Shown: positions 11,930 to 26,884, counted from the first letter of the stretch. The stretch: DNA of 64,000 nucleotides from Octopus sinensis (GCF_006345805.1 NC_043023.1:21080001-21144000), one strand, 5' to 3'. Program-made: numbers and translations. The notes: a model not told the origin generated them from the letters alone.

Positions 11930-12400
11930 CCGGCTATTGTTGGAAGTGGAGTTGTGGTGTTGGTGTTGGTGGTGCTCTCAGCTGTGGCGGCGTTGGTGGT
12001 AGTGTTGATGGCATTGTTGGAGGTGGCCGCGGTTGTGGTGGTGTTGGTAGTTATGGGAGTGATGGTTGTACTAGTGGTGGTGCTGGGAGTGGTGGTGGTG
12101 GTGGTGGTGGTGGTGTTGAGTTGGTGATGGTGATTGCGATGGTGGTTGTGTGTCGCTATGGTATGGGTGGTTGTGGTGATGGTGGTGGTGGTGGTGGTGG
12201 TGTTGGTATTGGTGGTGGTGCAGGTGGTAGTGGCGGTGGTAGTGTCTGCAGTAGCTCTGATGGTTGTTTATCTGTTGTTACTAGCGTTATTGTTGTTGTT
12301 ATTTGTGGTGGTAGTGGTGGTCATGGTGGAACGGCGTCGGTTGCCGGTGGTGCTGGTGTTTTTGATGTTGGTGATGTTGGTAGAAATGTTTTTAGTGGTG
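11930..12400. repeat. (GGT/GTT)n-rich low-complexity tract
   Basis: Visible directly. Confidence 0.85.
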
Positions 12401-12781
12401 CCGCTTATGTTAAACTGCGGCCATGCTGGAGCACTAATCTCACTTGTCTGCTCAATCAAATCAAATTGACTCATTCCGTCAATCCCGTTTTGCCGACACG
12501 CTAGGTAACAGAGGAAGGTAAACAAATCTATTGGGTGAACGAGCAATGAGATGCAGACATAAACACGCATGGACACACGGACACACAGATGAGCACAAAC
12601 GCAAGCAAATAGATGAACGTGTGTGTCTGAGATAGAGTGATAGACACAGACAGAAAAATGGCGACAGGTAGAAAGGAAATGCGCAAAACCGGAAACCAAA
12701 TGCAAACAGAACAAGCAGTGTCCACCACTCGTCAGGATACACATATATACACATATATATATATATAACATGTATATATAT

Positions 12782-13155
12782 GCGCAGGAGTAGCTGTGTG
12801 GTAAGTAGCTTGTTTACCAACCACATGGTTCCGGGTTCAGCCCACTGCGTGGCATCTTGGGCAAGTGTCTTCTACTATAGCACTCGGGCCGACCAAAGCC
12901 TTGCGAGTGGATTTGGTAGACGGAAACTGAAAGAAGCCCGTCATATATATATATATTGTATGTGTATGTGTTTGTGTGTCAGTGTTTGTCTCCCCGGTGC
13001 TGGTGTGTTACCGTCCCCGTAAGTTAGCGGTTCGGTAAAAGAGACCGATAGAATAATTACTAGGCTTACAAAGAATAAGTCCTGGGGTCGATTTGCTCGA
13101 CTAAAGGCGGTGCTCCAGCATGGCCGCAGTCAAATGACTGAAGCAAGTAAAAGAG
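12782..13155 (+). mobile_element. SINE A
   Basis: Near-full copy. Confidence 0.9.
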
Positions 13156-13214
13156 TATGTATGTATGTATGCATGCATGTATGCAGGAACGTGTATAAGA
13201 CTGCATATCAATAT

Positions 13215-13461
13215 GCATTGACCAGTCCATCAGATGTAGTTACACATCGCTGGTCACAATGCGTTCGCATTGTTTTAGCCTTCGAATGACGCCACCCTGC
13301 TGGCTAAGCGAGCAGGCCAACAGAAGAAAGAGTGGTGAAAGAGTACAGCAGGGAGCACCACCCCCTGCCGGAGCCTCGTGGAGCTTTTAGGTCTGGGAAT
13401 CGAAACCGCGATCCTACCACCGCGAATCCGCTGCCCTAACCCCTGGGCCATTGCGCCTCCA
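13215..13461 (-). mobile_element. SINE: head C (internal deletion) plus a different tail (tail 3)
   Basis: Head identical in type to 1696. After ctgctgtactctttcaccac the sequence diverges from tail 1. Confidence 0.7.
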
Positions 13462-13462
13462 C

Positions 13463-13514
<52 letters not shown>

Positions 13515-14187
13515 GTATCTCCATATTCACGTACATCTATGTAAATATATATATATATATGTATATTCACGTACATCCATATATATACCTATATACAAAA
13601 TATATGCTGGTTTCCACGAAGAGAGGTAGAATTTTATACCATTTAATCTCTCTCCGGTATATATATATATATATATATATTTATTATGTCGTACGGTCGC
13701 ATTTTATATCCTCTACTTGCAGCAGAACTCTACCTATCCGTATTCTTGGTAAATATAATTTCCCAAAGTCTGCTTTTAATACTCTCATTATTCCTCCGTA
13801 TTTCTCTCCTCTACACGTACGAATTGACTTAACTTCCAGTTGAGAGTATTAAACCTATAGTTTTTCAGAAGCACCACTAAAGCATTAATGCCTATTACTC
13901 GGTTTTATGTACTACATCTCTTTTAAGCATAATCTAATGCGTCTATCGCATTCATTTGTAACCGCTTCTTTCATTTCTATATGTTCTACACGTTGTACAC
14001 CATAAATTCCTATCTATGCTTAAGTTTCTATTTACGCTCATTCTCACTCGCGTTGCTGTATAAAACATGTTATTAGTCGGGCTTTTTTCTTTTATTAATA
14101 ATAATTTTTTTCTGTCTTTAATGTTGTCTAGGAACATTTTTCCAAAACGAATTTCGTATCAATTACTCTGATGGAGCCGTGAACTTT

Positions 14188-17100
14188 CTGTAGTAGGGTT
14201 TCTAGCAACTATTTCGCCTTTCATCTATTATCTTTCATCTGCCAGTCGGTTCCGTCATCTGACCGCGGCCAAGCTGGGGCACCACCTTGAATGGTTTTAG
14301 TCGAATTGATCGACACGAGTATTTTGCTTTTTGTAAGTTTGGAACTTATTGTATCAGTCTTTTTTGCTGAACCACCAGATTACAGAACGTAAACAAACCC
14401 ACACTGTTGTAGGGTTTCTAGCAACTCTTTCACCTGTCATCATTTATCTTTCATCTTCCACTCGATTCCGTCATCTGACCACGGCCAAGCTGGGGCACCA
14501 CCTTGAATGGTTTTTAGTCGAACTGATCGACACGAGTATTTTGCTTTGTGTAAGTTTGGGACTTCTTGTATCAGTCTTTTTTGCTGAACCACCAGATTAC
14601 AGAACGTAAACAAACCCACACTGTAGTAGGGTTTCTAGCAACTCTTTCACCTTTCATCATTTATCTTTCATCTGCCACTCGATTCCGTCATCTGACCACG
14701 GCCAAGCTGGGGCACCACCTTGAATGGTTTTAGTCGAACTGTTCGACACGAGTATTTTGCTTTTTCTAAGTTTGGGACTTATTGTATCAGTCTTTTTTGC
14801 TGAACCACCAGGTTACAGAACGTAAACAAACCCACACTGTAGTAGGGTTTCTAGCAACTCTTTCACCTTTCATCTATTATCTTTCATCTGCCAGTCGATT
14901 CCGTCATCTGACCACGGCCAAGCTGGGGCACCACCTTGAATGGTTTTAGTCGAACTGATCGACCCGAGTATTTTGCTTTTTGTAAGTTTGGGACTTATTG
15001 TATCAGTCTTTTTTGCTGAACCACCAGATTACAGAACGTAAACAAACCCACACTGTAGTAGGGTTTCTAGCAACTCTTTCACCTTTCATCTATTATCTTT
15101 CATCTGCCACTCGATTCCGTCATCTGACCACGGCCAAGCTGGGGCACCACCTTGAATGGTTTTAGTCGAACTGTTCGACACGAGTATTTTGCTTTTTGTA
15201 AGTTTGGAACTTATTGTATCAGTCTTTTTTGCTGAACCACCAGATTACAGAACGTAAACAAACCCACACTGTAGTAGGGTTTCTAGCAACTCTTTCACCT
15301 TTCATCTATTATCTTTCATCTGCCACTCGATTCCGTCATCTGACCACGGCCAAGCTGGGGCACCACCTTGAATGGTTTTAGTCGAACTGTTCGACACGAG
15401 TATTTTGCTTTTTGTAAGTTTGGGACTTATTGTATCAGTCTCTTTTGCTGAACCACCAGATTACAGAACGTAAACAAACCCACACTGTAGTAGGGTTTCT
15501 AGCAACTCTTTCACCTTTCATCTATTATCTTTCATCTGCCAGTCGATTCCGTCATCTGACCACGGCCAAGCTGGGGCACCACCTTGAATGGTTTTAGTCG
15601 AACTGTTCGACACGAGTATTTTGCTTTTCTAAGTTTGGGACTTATTGTATCAGTCTTTTTTGCTGAACCACCAGATTACAGAACGTAAACAAACCCACAC
15701 TGTAGTAGGGTTTCTAGCAACTCTTTCACCTTTCATCTATTATCTTTCATCTGCCACTCGATTCCGTCATCTGACCACGGCCAAGCTGGGGCACCACCTT
15801 GAATGGTTTTAGTCGAACTGTTCGACACGAGTATTTTGCTTTTTGTAAGTTTGGAACTTATTGTATCAGTCTTTTTTGCTGAACCACCAGATTACAGAAC
15901 GTAAACAAACCCACACTGTAGTAGGGTTTCTAGCAACTCTTTCACCTTTCATCTATTATCTTTCCTCTGCCAGTCGATTCCGTCATCTGACCACGGCCAA
16001 GCGTGGGGGCCCCACCTTGAATGGTTTTAGTCGAACTGATCGACACGAGTATTTTGCTTTTTGTTAGTTTGGAACTTATTGTATCAGTCTTTTTTGCTGA
16101 ACCACCAGGTACAGAACGTAAACAAACCCACACTGTAGTAGGGTTTCTAGCAACTCTTTCACCTTTCATCTATTATCTTTCATCTCTGCAGTCGATTCCG
16201 TCATCTGACCACGGCCAAGCTGGGGCACCACCTTGAATGGTTTTAGTCGAACTGTTCGACACGAGTATTTTGCTTTTTGTTAGTTTGGAACTTATTGTAT
16301 CAGTCGTTTTTTTTGCTGAACCACCAGGTTACAGAACGTAAACAAACCCACACTGTAGTAGGGTTTCTAGCAACTCTTTCACCTTTCACTTTCATCTATT
16401 ATCTTTCATCTTCCACTCGATTCCGTCATCTGACCACGGCCAAGCTGGGGCACCACCTTGAATGGTTTTAGTCGAACTGTTCGACACGAGTATTTTGCTT
16501 TTTGTAAGTTTGGAACTTATTGTATCAGTCTTTTTTGCTGAACCACCAGATTACAGAACGTAAACAAACCCACACTGTAGTAGGGTTTCTAGCAACTCTT
16601 TCACCTTTCATCTATTATCTTTCATCTGCCAGTCGATTCCGTCATCTGACCACGGCCAAGCTGGGGCACCACCTTGAATGGTTTTAGTCGAACTGTTCGA
16701 CACGAGTATTTTGCTTTTTGTAAGTTTGGAACTTATTGTATCAGTCTTTTTTGCTGAACCACCAGATTACAGAACGTAAACAAACCCACACTGTAGTAGG
16801 GTTTCTAGCAACTCTTTCACCTTTCATCTATTATCTTTCATCTGCCAGTCGATTCCGTCATCTGACCACGGCCAAGCTGGGGCACCACCTTGAATGGTTT
16901 TAGTCGAACTGATCGACACGAGTATTTTGCTTTTTGTATTTGGAACTTATTGTATCAGTCTTTTTTTGCTGAACCACCAGATTACAGAACGTAAACAAAC
17001 CCACACACTGTAGTAGGGTTTCTAGCAACTCTTTCACCTTTCATCTATTATCTTTCATCTGCCAGTCGATTCCGTCATCTGACCACGGCCAAGCTGGGGC

Positions 17101-20100
17101 ACCACCTTGAATGGTTTTAGTCGAACTGATCGACACGAGTATTTTGCTTTTTGTAAGTTTGGAACTTATTGTATCAGTCTTTTTTGCTGACCACCACATA
17201 TTACAGAACGTAAACAAACCCACACTGTAGTAGGGTTTCTAGCAACTCTTTCACCTTTCATCTATAATCTTTCATCTGCCAGTCGATTCCGTCATCTGAC
17301 CACGGCCAAGCGGGGCACCACCTTGAATGGTTTTAGTCGAACTGATCGACACGAGTATTTTGCTTTTTGTAAGTTTGGAACTTATTGTATCAGTCTTTTT
17401 TGCTGAACCACCAGTTACAGAACGTAACAAACCCACACTGTAGTAGGGTTTCTAGCAACTCTTTCACCTTTCATCTATTATCTTTCATCTTCCACTCGAT
17501 TCCGTCATCTGACCACGGCCAAGCTGGGGCACCACCTTGAATGGTTTTAGTCGAACTGATCGACACGAGTATTTTGCTTTTTGTAAGTTTGGACTTATTG
17601 TATCAGTCTTTTTTGCTGAACCACCAGGTTACAGAACGTAAACAACACCACCACTGTAGTAGGGTTTCTAGCAACTCTTTCACCTTTCATATATTATCTT
17701 CCATCTTCCACTCGATTCCGTCATCTGACCACGGCCAAGCTGGGGCACCACCTTGAATGGTTTTAGTCGAACTGATCGACACGAGTATTTTGCTTTTTGT
17801 AAGTTTGGGACTTATTGTATCAGTCTTTTTTGCTGAAACCAGATTACAGAACGTAAACAAACCCACACTGTAGTAGGTTTTCTAGCAACTCTTTCACCTT
17901 TCATCTATTATCTTTCATCTGCCAGTCGATTCCGTCATCTGACCACGGCCAAGCTGGGGCACCACCTTGAATGGTTTTAGTCGAACTGTTCGACACGAGT
18001 ATTTTGCTTTTTGTAAGTTTGGGACTTATTGTATCAGTCTTTTTTGCTGAACCACCAGATTACAGAACGTAAACAACCCACACTGTAGTAGGGTTTCTAG
18101 CAACTCTTTCACCTTTCATCTATTATCTTTCATCTTCCACTCGATTCCGTCATCTGACCACGGCCAAGCTGGGGCACCACCTTGAATGGTTTTAGTCGAA
18201 CTGTTCGACACGAGTATTTTGCTTTTTGTAAGTTTGGACTTATTTATCAGTCTTTTTTGCTGAACCACCAGATTACAGAACGTAAACAAACCCACACTGT
18301 AGTAGGGTTTCTAGCAACTCTTTCACCTTTCATCTATTATCTTTCATCTTCCACTCGATTCCGTCATCTGACCACGGCCAAGCTGGGGTCACCACCTTGA
18401 ATGGTTTTAGTCGAACTGTTCGACACGAGTATTTTGCTTTTTGTAAGTTTGGGACTTATTGTATCAGTCTCTTTTGCTGAACCACCAGATTACAGAACGT
18501 AAACAAACCCACACTGTAGTAGGGTTTCTAGCAACTCTTTCACCTTTCATCTTTTATTATCTTTCATCTTCCTCTCGATTCCGTCATCTGACCACGGCCA
18601 AGCTGGGGCACCACCTTGAATGGTTTTAGTCGAACTGTTCGACACGAGTATTTTGCTTTTTGTAAGTTTGGGACTTATTATATCAGTCTCTTTTGCTGAA
18701 CCACCAGATTACAGAACGTAAACAAACCCACACTGTAGTAGGGTTTCTAGCAACTCTTTCACCTTTCATCTATTATCTTTCATCTTCCACTCGATTCCGT
18801 CATCTGACCACGGCCAAGCTGGGGCACCACCTTGAATGGTTTTAGTCGAACTGATCGACACGAGTATTTTGCTTTTTGTAAGTTTGGAACTTATTGTATC
18901 AGTCTTTTTTGCTGAACCACCAGATTACAAAACGTAAACAAACCAACACTGTAGTAGGGTTTCTAGCAACTCTTTCACCTTTCATCTATTATCTTTCATC
19001 TGCCAGTCGATTCCGTCATCTGACCACGGCCAAGCTGGGGCACCACCTTGAATGGTTTTAGTCGAACTGATCGACACGAGTATTTTGCTTTTTGTAAGTT
19101 TGGGACTTATTGTATCAGTCTTTTTTGCTGAACCACCAGATTACAGAACGTAAACAAACCCACACTGTAGTAGGGTTTCTAGCAACTCTTTCACCTTTCA
19201 TCTATTATCTTTCATCTTCCACTCGATTCCGTCATCTGACCACGGCCAAGCTGGGGCACCACCTTGAATGGTTTTAGTCGAACTGTTCGACACGAGTATT
19301 TTGCTTTTTGTAAGTTTGGGACTTATTGTATCAGTCTTTTTTGCTGAACCACCAGATTACAGAACGTAAACAAACCCACACTGTAGTAGGGTTTCTAGCA
19401 ACTCTTTCACCTTTCATCTATTATCTTTCATCTCCACTCGATTCCGTCATCTGACCACGGCCAAGCTGGGGCACCACCTTGAATGGTTTTAGTCGAACTG
19501 TTCGACACGAGTATTTTGCTTTTTGTAAGTTTGGGACTTATTGTATCAGTCTTTTTTGCTGAACCACCAGATTACAGAACGTAAAAAACCCACACTGTAG
19601 TAGGGTTTCTAGCAACTCTTCACCTTTCATCTATTATCTTTCATCTTCCACTCGATTCCGTCATCTGACCACGGCCAAGCTGGGGCACCACCTTGAATGG
19701 TTTTAGTCGAACTGTTCGACACGAGTATTTTGCTTTTTGTAAGTTTGGGACTTATTGTATCAGTCTTTTTTGCTGAACACCAGATTACAGAACGTAAACA
19801 AACCCACACTGTAGTAGGGTTTCTAGCAACTCTTTCACCTTTCATCTATTATCTTTCATCTTCCACTCGATTCCGTCATCTGACCACGGCCAAGCTGGGG
19901 CACCACCTTGAATGGTTTTAGTCGAACTGTTCGACACGAGTATTTTGCTTTTTGTAAGTTTGGGACTTATTGTATCAGTCTTTTTTGCTGAACCACCAGA
20001 TTACAGAACGTAAACAAACCCACACTGTAGTAGGGTTTCTAGCAACTCTTTCACCTTTCATCTATTATCTTTCATCTCCACTCGATTCCGTCATCTGACC

Positions 20101-23100
20101 ACGGCAAGCTGGGGCACCACCTTGAATGGTTTTAGTCGAATTGATCGACGCGAGTATTTTGCTTTTTGTAAGTTTGGACTTATTGTATCAGTCTTTTTTG
20201 CTGAACCACCAGATTACAGAACGTAAACAAACCCACACTGTAGTAGGGTTTCTAGCAACTCTTTCACCTTTCATCTATTATCTTTCATCTTCCACTCGAT
20301 TCCGTCATCTGACCACGGCCAAGCTGGGGCACCACCTTGAATGGTTTTAGTCGAACTGATCGACACGAGTATTTTGCTTTTTGTAAGTTTGGAACTTAAT
20401 TTATCAGTCTTTTTTGCTGAACCACCAGATTACAGAACGTAAACAAACCCACACTGTAGTAGGGTTTCTAGCAACTCTTTCACCTTTCATCTATTATCTT
20501 TCATCTGCCACTCGATTCCGTCATCTGACCACGGCCAAGCTGGGGCACCACCTTGAATGGTTTTAGTCGAACTGATCGACACGAGTATTTTGCTTTTTGT
20601 AAGTTTGGAACTTAATTTATCAGTCCTTTTTGCTGAACCACCAGATTACAGAACGTAAACAAACCCACACTGTAGTAGGGTTTCTAGCAACTCTTTCACC
20701 TTTCATCTATTATCTTTCATCTGCCAGTCGATTCCGTCATCTGACCACGGCCAAGCTGGGGCACCACCTTGAATGGTTTTAGTCGAACTGTTCGACACGA
20801 GTATTTTGCTTTTTGTAAGTTTGGGACTTATTGTATCAGTCTTTTTTGCTGAACCACCAGATTACAGAACGTAAACAAACCCAAACTGTAGTAGGGTTTC
20901 TAGCAACTCTTTCACCTTTCTATTTATCTTTCATCTGCCAGTCGATTCCGTCATCTGACCACGGCCAAGCGGGGGCCACACTTGAATGGTTTTAGTCGAA
21001 CTGTTCGACACGAGTATTTTGCTTTTTGTAAGTTTGGAACTTATTGTATCAGTCTTTTTTGCTGAACCACCAGATTACAGAACGTAAACAAACCACACTG
21101 TAGTAGGGTTTCTAGCAACTCTTTCACCTTTCATCTATTATCTTTCATCTGCCAGTCGATTCCGTCATCTGACACGGCCAAGCTGGGGCACCACCTTGAA
21201 TGGTTTTAGTCGAACTGTTCGACACGAGTATTTTGCTTTTTGTAAGTTTGGAACTTCTTGTATCAGTCTTTTTTGCTGAACCACCAGATTACAGAACGTA
21301 AACAAACCCACACTGTAGTAGGGTTTCTAGCAAAACTCTTCACCTTTCATCTATTATCTTTCATCTGCCACTCGATTCCGTCATCTGACCACGGCCAAGC
21401 TGGGGCACCACCTTGAATGGTTTTAGTCGAACTGTTCGACACGAGTATTTTGCTTTTTGTAAGTTTGGGACTTATTGTATCAGTCTTTTTGCTGAACCAC
21501 CAGATTACAGAACGTAACACAACCCACACTGTAGTAGGGTTTCTAGCAACTCTTTCACCTTTCATCTATAATCTTTCATCTTCCACTCGATTCCGTCATC
21601 TGACCACGGCCAAGCTGGGGCACCACCTTGAATGGTTTTAGTCGAACTGTTCGACACGAGTATTTTGCTTTTTGTAAGTTTGGGACTTATTGTATCAGTC
21701 TTTTTTGCTGAACCACCAGATTACAGAACGTAAACAACCCACACTGTAGTAGGGTTTCTAGCAACTCTTTCACCTTTCATCTATTATTTTCATCTTCCAC
21801 TCGATTCCGTCATCTGACCACGGCCAAGCTGGGGCACCACCTTGAATGGTTTTAGTCGAACTGTTCGACACGAGTATTTTGCTTTTTGTAAGTTTGGGAC
21901 TTATTGTATCAGTCTTTTTGCTGAACACCAGATTACAGAACGTAAACAAACCCACACTGTAGTAGGGTTTCTAGCAACTCTTTCACCTTTCATCTATTAT
22001 ATTTCATCTGCCAGTCGATTCCGTCATCTGACCACGGCCAAGCTGGGGCACCACCTTGAATGGTTTTAGTCGAACTGTTCGACACGAGTATTTTGCTTTT
22101 TGTAAGTTTGGGACTTATTGTATCAGTCTTTTTTGCTGAACCACCAGATTACAGAACGTAAACAAACCCACACTGTAGTAGGGTTTCTAGCAACTCTTTC
22201 ACCTTTCATCTATTATCTTTCATCTGCCATCGATTCCGTCATCTGACCACGGCCAAGCTGGGGCACCACCTTGAATGGTTTTAGTCGAACTGATCGACAC
22301 GAGTATTTTGCTTTTTGTAAGTTTGGGACTTATTGTATCAGTCTTTTTGCTGAACCACCAGATTACAGAACGTAAACAAACCCACACTGTAGTAGGGTTT
22401 CTAGCAACTCTTTCACCTTTCATCTATTATCTTTCATCTGCCAGTCGATTCCGTCATCTGACCACGGCCAAGCTGGGGCACCACCTTGAATGGTTTTAGT
22501 CGAACTGATCGACACGAGTATTTTGCTTTTTGTAAGTTTGGAACTTAATTTATCAGTCCTTTTTGCTGAACCACCAGATTACAGAACGTAAACAAAAAAC
22601 CCACACTTAGTTAGGGTTTCTAGCAACTCTTTCACCTTTCATCTATTATCTTTCATCTGCCACTCGATTCCGTCATCTGACCACGGCCAAGCTGGGGCAC
22701 CACCTTGAATGGTTTTAGTCGAACTGATCGACACGAGTATTTTGCTTTTTGTAAGTTTGGGACTTCTTGTATCAGTCTTTTTGCTGAACCACCAGGTTAC
22801 AGAACGTAAACAAACCCAACACACTGTAGTAGGTTTCTAGCAACTCTTTCACCTGTCATCTATTATCTTTCATCTGCCACTCGATTCCGTCATCTGACCA
22901 CGGCCAAGCTGGGGCACCACCTTGAATGGTTTTAGTCGAACTGATCGACACGAGTATTTTGCTTTTTGTAAGTTTGGGACTTATTGTATCAGTCTTTTTT
23001 GCTGAACCACCAGGTTACAGAACGTAAACAAACCCACACTGTGTAGGGGTTTCTAGCAACTCTTTCACCTGTCATCTATTATCTTTCATCTGCCACTCGA

Positions 23101-26057
23101 TTCCGTCATCTGACCACGGCCAAGCTGGGGCACCACCTTGAATGGTTTTAGTCGAACTGATCGACACGAGTATTTTGCTTTTTGTAAGTTGGGACTTATT
23201 GTATCAGTCTTTTTTGCTGAACCACCAGATTACAGAACGTAAAAAACCCACACTGCGTAGTAGGTTTTCTTAGCAACTCTTTCACCTTTCATCTATTATC
23301 TTTCATCTTCCACTCGATTCCGTCATCTGACCACGGCCAAGCTGGGGCACCACCTTGAATGTTTTAGTCGAACTGATCGACACGAGTATTTTGCTTTTTG
23401 TAAGTTTGGGACTTATTGTATCAGTCTTTTTTGCTGAACCACCAGGTTACAGAACGTAAACAAACCCACACTGTAGTAGGGTTTCTAGCAACTCTTTCAC
23501 ATGTCATCTATTATCTTTCATCTGCCACTCGATTCCGTCATCTGACCACGGCCAAGCTGGGGCACCACCTTGAATGTTTTAGTCGAACTGATCGACACGA
23601 GTATTTTGCTTTTTGTAAGTTTGGAACTTAATTTATCAGTCTTTTTTGCTGAACCACAGATTACAGAACGTAAACAAACCACACTGTAGTAGGGTTTCTA
23701 GCAACTCTTTCACCTTTCATCTATTATCTTCATCTGCCACTCGATTCCGTCATCTGACCACGGCCAAGCTGGGGCACCACCTTGAATGGTTTTGTCGAAC
23801 TGATCGACACGAGTATTTTGCTTTTTGTAAGTTGGGACTTATTGTATCAGTCTTTTTTGCTGAACCACCAGATTACAGAACGTAAACAAACCCACACTGT
23901 AGTAGGGTTTCTAGCAACTCTTTCACCTTTCATCTATTATCTTTCATCTGCCAGTCCATTCCGTCATCTGACCACGGCCAAGCTGTGGCACCACCTTGAA
24001 TGGTTTTAGTCGAACTGATCGACACGAGTATTTTGCTTTTTGTAAGTTTGGGACTTATTGTATCAGTCTTTTTTGCTGAACCACCAGATTACAGAACGTA
24101 AACAAACCCACACTGTAGTAGGGTTTCTAGCAACTCTTTCACCTTTCATCTATTATCTTTCATCTGCCACTCGATTCCGTCATCTGACCACGGCCAAGCT
24201 GGGGCACCACCTTGAATGGTTTTAGTCGAACTGATCGACACGAGTATTTTGCTTTTTGTAAGTTTGGGACTTATTGTATCAGTCTTTTTTGCTGAACCAC
24301 CAGATTACAGAACGTAAACAAACCACACTGTAGTAGGGTTTCTAGCAACTCTTTCACCTTCATCTATTATCTTTCATCTTCCACTCGATTCCGTCATCTG
24401 ACCACGGCCAAGCTGGGGCACCACCTTGAATGGTTTTAGTCGAACTGATCGACACGAGTATTTTGCTTTTTGTAAGTTTGGGACTTATTGTATCAGTCTT
24501 TTTTGCTGAACCACCAGGTTACAGAACGTAAACAAACCCACACTGTAGTAGGGTTTCTAGCAACTCTTTCACCTGTCATCTATTATCTTTCATCTGCCAC
24601 TCGATTCCGTCATCTGACCACGGCCAAGCTGGGGCACCACCTTGAATGGTTTTAGTCGAACTGATCGACACGAGTATTTTGCTTTTTGTAAGTTTGGAAC
24701 TTAATTTATCAGTCTTTTTTGCTGAACCACCAGATTACAGAACGTAAACAAACCCACACTGTAGTAGGGTTTCTAGCAACTCTTTCACCTTTCATCTATT
24801 ATCTTTCATCTGCCACTCGATTCCGTCATCTGACCACGGCCAAGCTGGGGCACCACCTTGAATGGTTTTTGTCGAACTGATCGACACGAGTATTTTGCTT
24901 TTTGTAAGTTTGGGACTTATTGTATCAGTCTTTTTTGCTGAACCACCAGATTACAGAACGTAAACAAACCCACACTGTAGTAGGGTTTCTAGCAACTCTT
25001 TCACCTTTCATCTATTATCTTTCATCTGCCAGTCCATTCCGTCATCTGACCACGGCCAAGCTGTGGCACCACCTTGAATGGTTTTAGTCGAACTGATCGA
25101 CACGAGTATTTTGCTTTTTGTAAGTTTGGGACTTATTGTATCAGTCTTTTTTGCTGAACCACCAGATTACAGAACGTAAACAAACCCACACTGTAGTAGG
25201 GTTTCTAGCACTCTTTCTTTTCACCTTTCATCTATTATCTTTCATCTGCCATCGATTCCGTCATCTGACCACGGCCAAGCTGGGGCACCACCTTGAATGG
25301 TTTTAGTCGAACTGTTCGACACGAGTATTTTGCTTTTTGTAAGTTTGGGACTTATTGTATCAGTCTTTTTTGCTGAACCACCAGATTACAGAACGTAAAC
25401 AAACCCACACTGTAGTAGGGTTTCTAGCAACTCTTTCACCTTTCATCTATTATCTTCATCTGCCAGTCGATTCCGTCATCTGACCGCGGCCAAGCTGGGG
25501 CACCACCTTGAATGGTTTTAGTCGAACTGATCGACACGAGTATTTTGCTTTTTGTAAGTTTGGAACTTAATTTATCAGTCTTTTTTGCTGAACCACCAGA
25601 TTACAGAACGTAAACAAACCCACACTGTAGTAGGGTTTCTAGCAACTCTTTCACCTTTCATCTATTATCTTTCATCTGCCACTCGATTCCGTCATCTGAC
25701 CACGGCCAAGCTGGGGCACCACCTTGAATGGTTTTTGTCGAACTGATCGACACGAGTATTTTGCTTTTTGTAATTTGGGACTTATTGTATCAGTCTTTTT
25801 TGCTGAACCACCAGATTACAGAACGTAAACAAACCCACACTGTAGTAGGGTTTCTAGCAACTCTTTCACCTTCATCTATTATCTTTCATCTGCCAGTCGA
25901 TTCCGTCATCTGACCACGGCCAAGCTGTGGCACCACCTTGAATGGTTTTAGTCGAACTGATCGACACGAGTATTTTGCTTTTTGTAAGTTTGGGACTTAT
26001 TGTATCAGTCTTTTTTGCTGAACCACCAGATTACAGAACGTAAACAAACCCACACTG
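14188..26057. repeat. Tandem satellite, ~55 x 215-216 bp, derived from a SINE A 3' half plus flank
   Basis: The marker tacagaacg recurs at 14381, 14598, 14814, 15030 and 15246. The unit aligns to the reverse complement of the SINE A 3' half (gtcatctgaccacggccaagctggggcaccacctt vs gtcatttgactgcggccatgctggagcaccgcctt). Confidence 0.95.
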
Positions 26058-26105
26058 GTTGTCAGTAGAGGACTCCTGCCTGAAGTGCTGCACAGTCCGA
26101 CTGAA

Positions 26106-26508
26106 GGCGCAGGAGTGGCTGTGTGGTAAGTAGCATGCTTACCAACCACATGGTTCCGGGTTCAGTCCCACTGCGTGACATCTTGGGCAAGTGTCTTCTG
26201 CTATAGCCCCGGGCCCACCAATGCCTTGTGAGTGAATTTGGTAGACGGAAACTGAAAGAAGCCTGTCGTATATATATATATATGTGTGTGTATGTGTTTG
26301 TGTGTCTCTTGTTTGTCCCCCTAGCATTGCTTGACAACCGATGCTGGTGTGTTTACGTCCCCGTCACTTAGCGGTTCGGCAAAAGAGACCGATAGAATAA
26401 GTACTGGGCTTACAAAGAATAAGTCCCGGGGTCGATTTGCTCGACTAAAGGCGGTGCTCCAGCATGGCCGCAGTCAAATGACTGAAACAAGTAAAAGAGA
26501 AAAAGAGA
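26106..26508 (+). mobile_element. SINE A
   Basis: Full copy. Confidence 0.9.
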
Positions 26509-26562
26509 AACCTAAGGTTACATGTTTGGGAAGCGAGCCTGTTATCCACGCAGCCACGCTGG

Positions 26563-26783
26563 AGCATTGGCAGAATCGTTAGCACGCCGGGCAAAATGCT
26601 TAGCGGCGTTTCGTCCGGCTCTACGTTCTGAATTTAAATTCCACTGAGATCGATTTTGTCTTTCATCCTTTGGATTCGATAAAATAAATACCCGTGCAAC
26701 ACTGGGGTCGATTTAATTCACTTGCCCCTCCCACCCACCCCAAATTGCTAGCCTTGTGCCAAAATTAAAACTATTATTATTTA
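26563..26783 (+). mobile_element. SINE B-related copy with an alternative 3' tail
   Basis: Family B head and central domain, but the tail is ccccaaattgctagccttgtgccaaaatt followed by attattatt. Confidence 0.7.
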
Positions 26784-26884
26784 CTGTTAAGCTGCATGTG
26801 TGTTGTAATCACTCGATGAGACACACCCAGCGTCCTGGGGCGAATAAAGGATAAGAGATGATAGAGTATGACTGAAAGTATTTA

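Noticed and set aside
13830-14140. Possible CR1/L2 C-terminal remnant (RVIGI-NAL)
   Set aside because: Too short and degenerate to support.
14349-25913. Recurring 60-86 aa ORFs in the satellite, and a possible CRISPR-like look
   Set aside because: These are translations of identical tandem units. There are no unique spacers and the context is eukaryotic.
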